64,000 nt of DNA from Candidatus Portnoybacteria bacterium (GCA_016208745.1 JACQXN010000022.1:19212-83211), one strand, 5' to 3'; positions 47,777 through 56,807 are shown, counted from the first letter of the stretch. Numbers and translations: made by a program. Notes: a model not told the origin generated them from the sequence alone.

Positions 47777-48409
47777 TTATACATTAATAACCGGCCTTTC
47801 TCTGGCGCCGGGGTTATACATTTTATAAAGAAGCTCAACTAATTCATCGTCATTTAGGGCAACTGTTTTTAAACTGCAGGCAGAGAGTCCGGAAGATATG
47901 TATTCCATTCTTTGCCAAAGGCCGGCGCGCATCTGTTGGAAAGTTGGGAGCTTTGTTTCCCCGTTTTTTTTGCCAAACGATTTTTTCATCTTTTCAATAA
48001 GACCGGTGGCTTGTTTTTCAATGCTTTGGGTAAAGGGCACGATGACATAAAAATAAGTGCTCATAATATTAACCATTTGCGATAAATTTTTCACAAAATC
48101 AATATATTCGCTCGTTTGGATTTTTAAAAGCTCGTTTTCCTGTTCAACTCTTTTTTGTTCCAAGGTTTTTAAATAATCAGAAACATCAAATTTTCTGGTT
48201 GAGACCAGAATTTGGATTGGAAAATCAAGCGAGTTTAAAAATTCCTGATAACGATAAGTGATGGCTTCCTGCTCTTCGCTGGATTTTAAAGAGAAATTAA
48301 GAGAGCCGATCATCAAAACCCCCTTTAAAGAGCCGTCTTTCATTAAGATAGCGCCTTCTTTGATTTCAGTGACTGGGATTTTTTTTTTTTTTCTTGCGCC
48401 CTGATTCAT
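47777..48409 (-). CDS. T4SS-associated protein (VirB4 N-terminal-like)
   Basis: NFSLKS.EEQEAI...Q.FLNSL.FPIQI, YFY.IVP, YNP; lies between PrgI and VirB4. Confidence 0.7.
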   Translation of the reverse strand: MNQGARKKKKIPVTEIKEGAILMKDGSLKGVLMIGSLNFSLKSSEEQEAITYRYQEFLNSLDFPIQILVSTRKFDVSDYLKTLEQKRVEQENELLKIQTSEYIDFVKNLSQMVNIMSTYFYVIVPFTQSIEKQATGLIEKMKKSFGKKNGETKLPTFQQMRAGLWQRMEYISSGLSACSLKTVALNDDELVELLYKMYNPGARERPVINV

Positions 48410-48431
48410 AAAGTTAATTTAAATATCAAAT

Positions 48432-48498
48432 TGTCATTCCTGCGAAAGCAGGGATCCAGGTTTTATGAGTCTGGATTCCCGCTTTCGCGGGAATGACA
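48432..48498. repeat. GTCATTCC.GCGAAAGC.GG.ATCC palindromic doublet
   Basis: tgtcattcctgcgaaagcagggatccag...ctggattcccgctttcgcgggaatgaca; same family inside rsmA. Confidence 0.85.
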
Positions 48499-48553
48499 TA
48501 GAATGTTCTAGGGATTTTGTTGATGTCAGACGTCAGCAGATTAATTGCCTAAT

Positions 48554-48838
48554 TTAAATTCGATTTTTCTTCCAAATAAACATCCTTCCTTTAATTATAT
48601 AATTAATAGAAGCGCCAAGAATGGTAATAAACGGCCGGCCGTTGATTTTAAGAAATGCCAAAGCCAGCGCAAAAAGAGTCAAGGGAATAGAAGCTAGCAT
48701 AAAGAGCCAAAACTCGGCATATTGATACAAAAAGAAAAGGATTGCGCCGGTTCCGCCAAGATACCCAAACTGCTTTAAAGTCAGCGGCCCGACTATTTTG
48801 TCCTCTACTTCTAAAAATTGGGGGACATTGAATTGCAT
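48554..48838 (-). CDS. PrgI-family protein
   Basis: MQF.VPQF.EVEDKI.GPLT.KQF, KINGRPF. Confidence 0.85.
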   Translation of the reverse strand: MQFNVPQFLEVEDKIVGPLTLKQFGYLGGTGAILFFLYQYAEFWLFMLASIPLTLFALALAFLKINGRPFITILGASINYIIKGRMFIWKKNRI

Positions 48839-48911
48839 ATAAAAAAGCTCAAAGCTCAAAACTCAAATATCAAAGCACGATTTCACGCTTGGTAATATTA
48901 TCGGTCTTCGG

Positions 48912-48981
48912 AAATCCTCCCCAACCATCCCTAAAGGGAGGGGGTTGTTCCCCTCCTTTAGGAGGGGTTAGGGGAGATTTT
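48912..48981. repeat. Double-hairpin repeat (empty form)
   Basis: Homolog of murE insert 5080-5149. Confidence 0.88.
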
Positions 48982-49041
48982 AAAAGCAGCATTGTTTGGC
49001 TGACGGAAATGTTTTAAGCCTCGAGCTTTTAATTTCTAATT

Positions 49042-50055
49042 TTACTGCTGGTTAAAATCCTTTCTTAAATTAACAATATTTCCCTCCAGTTTTGGCGTTG
49101 GTTTGGGAGCTTGCAGAACCGGGCCAGATAAATCTTCGCTGGAAACAGGCTCTTTGTAAGCGTCTTTTGTTGGGATCGACGACGGGGGTGGTTGATAGGT
49201 AGGTTTTTGGGGGAGACCGCTGATTGGCACTCCTCGCGGGGGTTGGGGTTGAGGTATAGGCTGGGCAGGTGCGGACTTTGGCGCAGGAGCGCTCGGCATG
49301 GGTTTTTCTAAAATCAACAATCCGGTTTCTTTGGAAAAAGGCAATTCTATTTGCTCGTCAAAAGATTTTAAAACTTGATTTAAAGCCACTCTTTCTTGCT
49401 CTTTTAAGGCTCGGCCATTTTGGCTCTCATATATATAGCGCATTCTAACAAGCGCCAAATCCTGTTCTGGAAAACCGGTTCTGAATTTAGCGTAATCAGT
49501 CAGCCAATTCCCTATTGAAGGAAGCCTCGGGCTTTCTGAATCAGGCAGCCTAATCGGACTTTCGGTTATTTTCTGATTGGCAATTTCTGGTTTTTGATTG
49601 ATAGCAGAGGCGATTGTTTGGTTTGCGATTTCCTGCGGAGCTGGTTTGGGAGTCTCGTTTTGAATCGGAGCGGAATTATTTTCTTCTAGTTCCAATAACT
49701 CTGCTTTATGGGTTGGCGGAGTTGCCGTGCGCGACCAATTCTGTATTAGCGATTCAATGTTTGGGAAATATTGTTTAAGCGGCAGAAATATCGTTTTTGC
49801 TAAAGCGCAAGATAGGCCATTCGCAATTTCCATCGGAGCGGGCAATTCTCTTTGAAAGATTTCTGGCATTTTTTCCAAAGGCGCGTCATTAACAAAAACA
49901 AGGCCGATTAACTTCGCTATTTTACCCCGGCCATCAAGCGCGATGCCGTAACTTGTGCCGACGCCGTGAACTGTCTGGGTTGGCAGGTCAGAAAGTAAAA
50001 CATTTTTTACCGGCTCCGGAAGATTATTCACTTTTTCTCTAAAAGCCAGATCCAT
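49042..50055 (-). CDS. Hypothetical protein, Pro-rich C-terminus
   Basis: 337-aa ORF co-oriented in the T4SS-like cluster. Confidence 0.7.
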   Translation of the reverse strand: MDLAFREKVNNLPEPVKNVLLSDLPTQTVHGVGTSYGIALDGRGKIAKLIGLVFVNDAPLEKMPEIFQRELPAPMEIANGLSCALAKTIFLPLKQYFPNIESLIQNWSRTATPPTHKAELLELEENNSAPIQNETPKPAPQEIANQTIASAINQKPEIANQKITESPIRLPDSESPRLPSIGNWLTDYAKFRTGFPEQDLALVRMRYIYESQNGRALKEQERVALNQVLKSFDEQIELPFSKETGLLILEKPMPSAPAPKSAPAQPIPQPQPPRGVPISGLPQKPTYQPPPSSIPTKDAYKEPVSSEDLSGPVLQAPKPTPKLEGNIVNLRKDFNQQ

Positions 50056-50058
50056 AAA

Positions 50059-52413
50059 TTATACATTTCTTAAATAAGCATCTTGAGTTGCCATAGTGTG
50101 CCCTTGAGCCGCGGGGTGTTGTCTTATATATTCAACAATATCGTGAGCTAGCTGGCCATTTTCATTTCCAAGTTTTTCAACAACACCACGTAAAAGATTG
50201 GGCGGGATATTCATAGCCACAGTCGGTGAGAAGTTTTGCAGGCGTTTCAGGCCTTCTGCGCCAGCCCTCCGGGCCCAGTCTCTTTGTTGGGTAGGGGACA
50301 TTCTTTGTACATCGCCAGTTTGGGACGCATAAGCAAAGTTGACCTCATTTCCCACAGGGTTGATACCTCGGGCATTCATCGCCGCTTGATTCGTTGGGTT
50401 TGTTATTCTCGTTAGCGTAGCAATGAGTTCTCTTTGGTGTTGGGTTGATTTATTCCTTAAGTCTTCAACTTGTTTGGCGCTTCCGTTTCTAACTATAGCA
50501 TCTACAACATGATCATCCAAAAGGGAAAGATGCGAAATACTATTAAGATTACCTTCACGGATCGTGGTCTGGACAGCTTGTTCGCGCTGGGCAAGATTTG
50601 CGATGGTCTCTGGTCTTGCCTGCTCTAGCTGGGTAGCTTCTTGCCCGTAGCCAAATCGCCTGAGGTTTTCAATGGCTGTCGTGGCTGTCGCATTGTCATA
50701 TTGATTTTTGGCTACGCCTCTCCTTGTATTTTCCAAATCAACGGCAACCGCTCTAGCCCCTCCTGTTCTTCTATCTAGTTTTTCTCTGTCTAAGTCGGCT
50801 TGGCTATATGAGGCAATCCGTCTTGCGTAAGCCTGCATCTCTGGAGTTTCCATTGCCCTTCGTCGTACGTCTTTGGCTGCAGCCTCAACTCTTGCTCCAG
50901 TTTTTGCGAATGGCGTTCTTTCTTTTAAGGTTGTTCCTACTCTTTCTGTGACTGCGGCTCCGGCTCTCCTTGCCTGTGTTTGCGCTTGCCTACCAGTCCA
51001 CGCCACCGGTCTCATTGCTTGTCCTTGCGCCCAGCGTCTGCCTCTCTGACCCATACTGACAACCGCGCTGGCGCCAGTGATGCTCATTTTCTGGGCGACA
51101 ATTAAAGAGCCTAAAAGAAAACCGATTATTATGACAAAGCTAATTGTTGTACCAATGCTAAAACTTCCAATTCCGGGCATTTGTTGTAATTCTGTAAGCC
51201 CTTCCCCTGTATTGCGCATTTGCTTCAAAACAACGCCCTTGGTAATCATAAGAAGCGAGATATAAAGAAAAAAGGTGAAGGCCGGAGCAAATAGAATCCA
51301 TTTCATAAAACTCTCCCACCATTGATTCCAATATTTTTGGGTTACTGGCAGAATAGAAAAAAGCCAAGCTAGTGGAGCTAAAATAAGTAAGAATAATAAG
51401 GATATATAACGGATTATAAAAAGAATAGCCGCGGCAAAAAATACAAAAGCGGCGATTAAAATAAAAATAGAGCCTGCAAAAATTCCGATTAGAATTGTTA
51501 AAAGAGCGTCTACTTCGCCGTCAAGGTTAGGCATATTCACTTCGTCTTTAAATACGCTTGCCATATCTAGGCCATTCATAATATTGTCGGTTATGCTAAC
51601 CGCTCCATTCGATGTCGCCGCGTTAACAAAATATTTGGTTAAAACTTGAGAAAAATCAATTATGACTCCAGCAATTACTAAACTAAAATTAATTAAAAGA
51701 GCGGCGATGATTAATTTTGGCAAGGTGCGTTTTAAGCCGTATGAATCAAGTTTTAAAATCGTGGCAAAAGCAATAATGATTAAAATCAAAGAGAAGAACA
51801 TATTGGCCAAATCTCTAGTGTATCTCCAGCCTTCTTGGACAATGACTGACTTGGTGAAATCCTGCAGTTCCGGTTTCTCGAGCACAAAATTAAATATATA
51901 AGCTGCTAACCGAAGAAGTAGGCCTAAAACCGAGAAAATAAACCACATAACACCGCCTAAAAGTTTAAGGGCCTGTTCATATAACCATCCTCCGCCTCCA
52001 GCATTACCAGCGCTGCTATTTGATACGGATGCTACATTATTTTGGTTGCTGGGCGTATCACAAAAATATCTTTGTTCCGCTACTCCGTGCGCTATTAACA
52101 TTGATTTATAAACGCAGAACCCTTTTTCGCCACTTTCCATACAAGGCGCGCCCACGGTTTTTGCTGTGCAGTTAGTGATATATGCTGAATCCGGCACGTC
52201 GCATTCCAAAACTGGCTCGCCTTCGTCGTCTAAATCACCCGTCATCACGCAGGTTCCGTTCACGCCTCCTAAGGCACATGTATCTCCTGCTTCCAGGCCG
52301 TCACATTCTTGCGCAGACGCATAATTAGCAGTTGAGAAAAAAATAAAACCAGCAACTGCCAAAACAGCAATAATTAAAACAATATTTATTTTTCTGGATT
52401 TATTTTGAGCCAT
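50059..52413 (-). CDS. VirB6/TrbL-like membrane protein with Cys-rich N-terminal domain
   Basis: GW...RDLANMFF, LI.AALLINFS, R...L..L.ILAPLA, WW..F; charged C-terminal tail. Confidence 0.75.
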   Translation of the reverse strand: MAQNKSRKINIVLIIAVLAVAGFIFFSTANYASAQECDGLEAGDTCALGGVNGTCVMTGDLDDEGEPVLECDVPDSAYITNCTAKTVGAPCMESGEKGFCVYKSMLIAHGVAEQRYFCDTPSNQNNVASVSNSSAGNAGGGGWLYEQALKLLGGVMWFIFSVLGLLLRLAAYIFNFVLEKPELQDFTKSVIVQEGWRYTRDLANMFFSLILIIIAFATILKLDSYGLKRTLPKLIIAALLINFSLVIAGVIIDFSQVLTKYFVNAATSNGAVSITDNIMNGLDMASVFKDEVNMPNLDGEVDALLTILIGIFAGSIFILIAAFVFFAAAILFIIRYISLLFLLILAPLAWLFSILPVTQKYWNQWWESFMKWILFAPAFTFFLYISLLMITKGVVLKQMRNTGEGLTELQQMPGIGSFSIGTTISFVIIIGFLLGSLIVAQKMSITGASAVVSMGQRGRRWAQGQAMRPVAWTGRQAQTQARRAGAAVTERVGTTLKERTPFAKTGARVEAAAKDVRRRAMETPEMQAYARRIASYSQADLDREKLDRRTGGARAVAVDLENTRRGVAKNQYDNATATTAIENLRRFGYGQEATQLEQARPETIANLAQREQAVQTTIREGNLNSISHLSLLDDHVVDAIVRNGSAKQVEDLRNKSTQHQRELIATLTRITNPTNQAAMNARGINPVGNEVNFAYASQTGDVQRMSPTQQRDWARRAGAEGLKRLQNFSPTVAMNIPPNLLRGVVEKLGNENGQLAHDIVEYIRQHPAAQGHTMATQDAYLRNV

Positions 52414-52429
52414 TAAAGCCTTTTAATTT

Positions 52430-53959
52430 TTATTGGCATGACGCCAGTCGTGCCTGCTCCGCAAGTATCTGCTGGGCTACTCCAGCGGCCTGCTGGTTGT
52501 AGTAGCCAGTAAAAGCAGCTATCTGATTATTAAGAAGAGAGGCAGCTTCTAAAAGCCCTCGGAATGTGGTTTGGTTGGTGTCTAAAAGATTTTGTAATGA
52601 GTTTAGCGTTTCCCTGTAAAGGGTATCAAACTGCGCCAAGGCAGCGTCTAGTTCGCCAGGGTCAGTCTGGGAATCTATAACTTCCTCCATGGCCGCGATT
52701 AGATTTTTCAGATTGCTTTCGGCTTCTGGAATTAAGGCGCTTTTTCGTGATACCAGAGACATAAAACCGGTAACAACAGCCAGAGGCGTGCCTCTATTGT
52801 CACCCCAATTCCAGTCGCCAGCTGATATGGGGGGTGTGGCTAGAGTGCAGCCATCAGTATGACTAATTTGAAATTGAAGCGAGGTTAATTGTTGAATGGC
52901 ATTTAATATGCCGCCTGCATCATAGCTGGCATTTATTAAATTCATTCTCATCGTTTGGATTGCAGAAAGCAGGTCTTCGGCTGTTTGAAGATTATCCTCT
53001 ACGTAACCCAGATCAAGATCAGGCACTGGCGGATTGCCTCCGCCTCCGCCACCACCGCCTCCACCGCCACCGCCACCGCCACCATCATCGCCGCCGCTCT
53101 CACCCCAGACATCAAGGGCTGCGTCAGCCCCTTCTTCTACAATATAATTAATCGCTCCTAATCCCATGTCTATAATGCCGTTTATAAAAAATTCAGCTAC
53201 AGCAGCGGCAAATTCAGACCACTCATCAATAGTCAGCATATAGTCCAGGTCCATCATTGTGCTTCTTCCGGTCGCGAGAGTTTGAAGAATACCCGGGGTT
53301 GTCCTGTCACCCAAAGAGCTTTGGTTGCCAACTAATTTGCTTGATTCGGTTGAAAAAGCTAAATTTTCTCTGGCCGTTTTTTCGTCAGAAGCAAGAAAAT
53401 ACGCGCCATACATATTGCCTGAGGGTTTTAGCATTTTTGCCCACATATCCCAGCCGCCGCTACCAAAGTCACCTAAAAAGGCATCTGCTTCATCATCTGA
53501 AAACGGAGGCTCTGCTTGATCTCTGAAGCTGGCGCTTTGAGACAGGTAATATCTTGTTTGTTCGTCAAACACTCCAGATAAATATCCTGTGCCAAGGTTG
53601 CTTTCAATAAAATTAAGACCGGCTATTTGAGCAGTTCCTGATAGATAATTCATCCAATCTATGACAAAATTTCCCTGTGTCCAGCCAAGCACTTCCTTAA
53701 CTATAAATTCCAAAACAGCTCTTTTGAACACGGCAAAAGTTATTCTTCTGGCCAGATCAATAAGTTGTTCAAACGCAAAAAATCCCGCTAAAGTCCCTTC
53801 GATAGTGGTGAGCAATGCTATTTCCGCTCCGCAGCATTGAGCTTTTGCTTCTTTGGGTGGAGTAAGAATATTGAACGCAATAATATTGAAAAGAAGCACA
53901 AAAACTAAAACCGCGGCAAATAATTTACGGGACCAAATTGTTTTGTTGAAGAAAGACAT
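52430..53959 (-). CDS. Secreted/membrane hypothetical protein with poly-Gly linker and helical C-terminus
   Basis: Signal peptide, F..GGW..W motif, long Gly run. Confidence 0.7.
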   Translation of the reverse strand: MSFFNKTIWSRKLFAAVLVFVLLFNIIAFNILTPPKEAKAQCCGAEIALLTTIEGTLAGFFAFEQLIDLARRITFAVFKRAVLEFIVKEVLGWTQGNFVIDWMNYLSGTAQIAGLNFIESNLGTGYLSGVFDEQTRYYLSQSASFRDQAEPPFSDDEADAFLGDFGSGGWDMWAKMLKPSGNMYGAYFLASDEKTARENLAFSTESSKLVGNQSSLGDRTTPGILQTLATGRSTMMDLDYMLTIDEWSEFAAAVAEFFINGIIDMGLGAINYIVEEGADAALDVWGESGGDDGGGGGGGGGGGGGGGGNPPVPDLDLGYVEDNLQTAEDLLSAIQTMRMNLINASYDAGGILNAIQQLTSLQFQISHTDGCTLATPPISAGDWNWGDNRGTPLAVVTGFMSLVSRKSALIPEAESNLKNLIAAMEEVIDSQTDPGELDAALAQFDTLYRETLNSLQNLLDTNQTTFRGLLEAASLLNNQIAAFTGYYNQQAAGVAQQILAEQARLASCQ

Positions 53960-54942
53960 TATTTAAGATTTTTTTTAAGGTTGTTTATTTCCATTGTTAT
54001 TTTTTCAGACGCCGAACCGCTTTTCTGGTATTCTTCTATGGCGATTAAGGCTTTCAGCGGATCTTCCTGAGCATTGCTTATAACCAAGAAAACATTACTG
54101 CTATGAAGCATTGTTGATAAAAGAGTCTTTTGGAATTCAGCATAAAATTTGGGCGTTGAAATGTTTTTTAATTTTTCATAGGATTCATGGAAAGTTTTTT
54201 GCGCTATTTTAACTTTTGAAAAATCACTATTTGTCATAGCCCATTCGATATCCTGGTCTGAGACCTGAATATTTTTTGAGTTTTCTTTGATAATATTTAA
54301 AACAGCAGTTAAATAGGCAATTCTGTCTTCGTTCCTATCGCTTTGGGAAATTTTTATGTCGTTATCGGTTATGCTGGGCGGCAAAACTTTTTTTAATTCC
54401 TCATTGCTTATATTTTGGAGCATTTTTTGAAATTCCGGCATATTCTCAAGCTCTTCTGCGCTATACATTTCGCCTGTGTCTGGATTTATAAGTACGCTTT
54501 TGCCTTGTTTTATGCCTCCGCCTATTCCTTTTGCAAAAATTTCGGTCCAGTTATTTGTGCTAGCTAATATTTTTTCTTTTTCGCTAAAACCAGTTTGAGC
54601 ATTACTGCCTTTTTGCATTGGGTTGTAGCCAGACGCCACTTCTTCGCCGTCCAAATATCCATCGCCATCAGAATCTTGATTATTGATATCTGTTCCGTAT
54701 TTTGCTTCTTCCCAATCTCTTAAGCCATCGTTATCAGAATCTTTAAATTTGTCTTTTATAGCCGAAGTTACAGAAGCAGTTCCTTTGCCGATTTTTTTAA
54801 AAAGATTTATAGGATTAAATTTTCCTTCGGCGTAAAAAAAACTGCCAAAAACCAATAGTAAAATTAGCAGTATCACGCCCGCTGCAAAAATACTTTTTTT
54901 TCTGTTCTCAAGCATACCCAGTATATCAACTTCCAGAGCCAA
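53959..54942 (-). CDS. Membrane-anchored protein with Ca-binding TSP3-like repeats
   Basis: DSDNDGLRDWEE..YGTD...DSDGDGYLDGEEV..GYNP. Confidence 0.75.
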   Translation of the reverse strand: MALEVDILGMLENRKKSIFAAGVILLILLLVFGSFFYAEGKFNPINLFKKIGKGTASVTSAIKDKFKDSDNDGLRDWEEAKYGTDINNQDSDGDGYLDGEEVASGYNPMQKGSNAQTGFSEKEKILASTNNWTEIFAKGIGGGIKQGKSVLINPDTGEMYSAEELENMPEFQKMLQNISNEELKKVLPPSITDNDIKISQSDRNEDRIAYLTAVLNIIKENSKNIQVSDQDIEWAMTNSDFSKVKIAQKTFHESYEKLKNISTPKFYAEFQKTLLSTMLHSSNVFLVISNAQEDPLKALIAIEEYQKSGSASEKITMEINNLKKNLK

Positions 54943-55210
54943 GCGCCGCTTTCTTGTGGCGCCTGTATTCTAAAAGTCTTAAACCTAAAAATCTACGACC
55001 CTGAGTGGTTTTCAAATAATGCTCTCGGCGCTTGGCATCTTCTTGATTAAGACAGCCTTCAAAATATATTAACTTGAACGGTAATCGGAATTTTGTAGAG
55101 AAAGATAATCCCTTATTATGTTCTTCTATTCTTTTTTTAAGATTAGCGGTATAGCCAACATAGCAATCTTTATCTTTTAGGCTCTCTAAAACATAAACCC
55201 AGAAGAACAT
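54926..55210 (-). CDS. Stand-alone GIY-YIG nuclease
   Basis: VYVL.S...YVGYT.NL.KR..EHN.G...T....P..LIY.E....DA..RE..LK. Confidence 0.9.
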   Translation of the reverse strand: MFFWVYVLESLKDKDCYVGYTANLKKRIEEHNKGLSFSTKFRLPFKLIYFEGCLNQEDAKRREHYLKTTQGRRFLGLRLLEYRRHKKAALGSGS

Positions 55211-55264
55211 ACTGGAAGTTGTATTACTGGGCATAGAATTTATTAACTTAATTTTAACACAGAT

Positions 55265-55306
55265 TTATCCACAAAAAAATAACCGATTTTCAGTCAGTTA
55301 TCCACA
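55265..55306 (+). promoter_or_regulatory. Two perfect DnaA boxes
   Basis: TTATCCACA at 55265-55273 and 55298-55306. Confidence 0.6.
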
Positions 55307-55412
55307 ATTAGGGAAATGCAATAACCAATAATCAAAAAACAATAACCAGGCAAATTTTAATAATCAATTTTTCAATATTCAGATTATTTTAGTCCGATGC
55401 CGGATTTCTCTA

Positions 55413-55739
55413 TTATTGAAGAAGAATTCTTTTTAGCTCGTCGGCCTCCTTTATTAGGGGCTGGATTTCTTTAGATAAGCCTTCGTTTGTTTCTGATATC
55501 AATATCAACCAATAGATTGTTTCTTTCGCCTCTTTTCTTGCTATTCTTAGTCGATGGACAAAGTCCTTTTTACTCAACGCGTCATTAGCTTCTATATAAT
55601 TTGCTCCGATTGAAGTTCCCGCTCGAAAGCCCTGCCGGATTAATTCTATATTGATTATGTTTTTTTGCAGAATCTTACATGCTCTAGCCATCTTTTTGCT
55701 AAAATCAAGCGTTCTTTCTTCTAAATCAAAATTATGCAT
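55413..55739 (-). CDS. Four-helix-bundle (23S rRNA intervening-sequence-type) protein
   Basis: DLEERT..F, Q..RAGTSIGANY.EA....S.KDF.....IARKEA.ET.YWL. Confidence 0.9.
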   Translation of the reverse strand: MHNFDLEERTLDFSKKMARACKILQKNIINIELIRQGFRAGTSIGANYIEANDALSKKDFVHRLRIARKEAKETIYWLILISETNEGLSKEIQPLIKEADELKRILLQ

Positions 55740-55796
55740 ATTGTTTCGGTTATTGTTTATTTGTCTATTGATTATTATTTGGAGCTTGTTTTTTGG

Positions 55797-56792
55797 TTAT
55801 TGGTTATTTAAATTTAATTCCTTCGTTATCCTTGTCCAATCTTCAGCTCTCAATGTTTCTGCCCTTTGGCTTGGCGAAATACCAGCTTTTTTTAAGGCCT
55901 CTTCAACTATTTTGCGGTTAATTTTTAACCCTTTTGTTAAGTTACCGGCTAATTGTTTGCGGGGAGCAGAAAAACCGGCGCGGACGACTTTAAAAAAATC
56001 ACTTGCCCCCTCCTTTTTAAAGGAGGGCTGGGGTGGATTTTCTTTTTCTACAAAATCCCCCTTAATCCCCCTTTTATAAAGGGGGAGATGGCTTTTTGGT
56101 ATAATCTTAATTATCGCCGAATCGACTTTTGGTTGCGGCCAGAAACAGCTTTTGGAAACATAATGCAAAATTTTTGGCTGGGCGTAAAATTGCACCGAAA
56201 CCGCCAAGAGACTCATTTCGGGCGGCTCGGCACAAATTCTTTGGGCTACTTCTTTTTGTACCATTAAAATCATTTCGCTTGGCGGATTATTTGATTCCAG
56301 AAACTTTCTAATAACGGGCGAGGTTATATAGTAAGGAAGATTGGCGACGAGTTTGTAATTATATACTTTTGTCATCCCGGGCTTGAACCGGGATCCAGAC
56401 GTCGTTCCTGCGAAAGCAGGGATCTGCTCATTATCCTGGATTCCCGTTTTCACGGGAATGACAAAAAGCGAGGTAATTGGAAATTTCAAGGCATCGCCTT
56501 CTATAATCTCTGCATTTCCATAATCTCTTAGTGTCTCTTTTAAAATTTGAATCATATTTCTCCCTTTTTCAATTGCGATAACCCTTTTTGCTTTTTTGGC
56601 TAATTCTTGTGTTAGCGTGCCAAGGCCCGGTCCAATTTCCAAAATCGTGTCGGCTTTTTTTATTTGTGCGGCTTCAATAATCTTATCTAATATATTTTTG
56701 TCAATTAAAAAATTCTGACCAAGCTGTTTTAGGGGCGTGGTGCCATATTTTGATAGCAGATATTTAATTGTTTGCGCGGATAAAAGGTTCAT
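55797..56792 (-). CDS. rsmA: 16S rRNA dimethyltransferase RsmA/KsgA
   Basis: LGQNFL, EIGPG.G.LT, ANLPY.IT, MVQKEVA.R, F.P.PKVDSA, RAETL; two in-frame repeat insertions. Confidence 0.95.
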   Translation of the reverse strand: MNLLSAQTIKYLLSKYGTTPLKQLGQNFLIDKNILDKIIEAAQIKKADTILEIGPGLGTLTQELAKKAKRVIAIEKGRNMIQILKETLRDYGNAEIIEGDALKFPITSLFVIPVKTGIQDNEQIPAFAGTTSGSRFKPGMTKVYNYKLVANLPYYITSPVIRKFLESNNPPSEMILMVQKEVAQRICAEPPEMSLLAVSVQFYAQPKILHYVSKSCFWPQPKVDSAIIKIIPKSHLPLYKRGIKGDFVEKENPPQPSFKKEGASDFFKVVRAGFSAPRKQLAGNLTKGLKINRKIVEEALKKAGISPSQRAETLRAEDWTRITKELNLNNQ

Positions 56793-56807
56793 TCTAAAGA
56801 GAAAATT

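Noticed and set aside
53037-53095. GGN/CCN trinucleotide run
   Set aside because: It encodes a poly-Gly linker with mixed codons, so it is a protein-level low-complexity region.
43066-54942. Integrative conjugative element or prophage
   Set aside because: I saw no integrase, relaxase, phage structural genes or att repeats, and the flanks are core genes.
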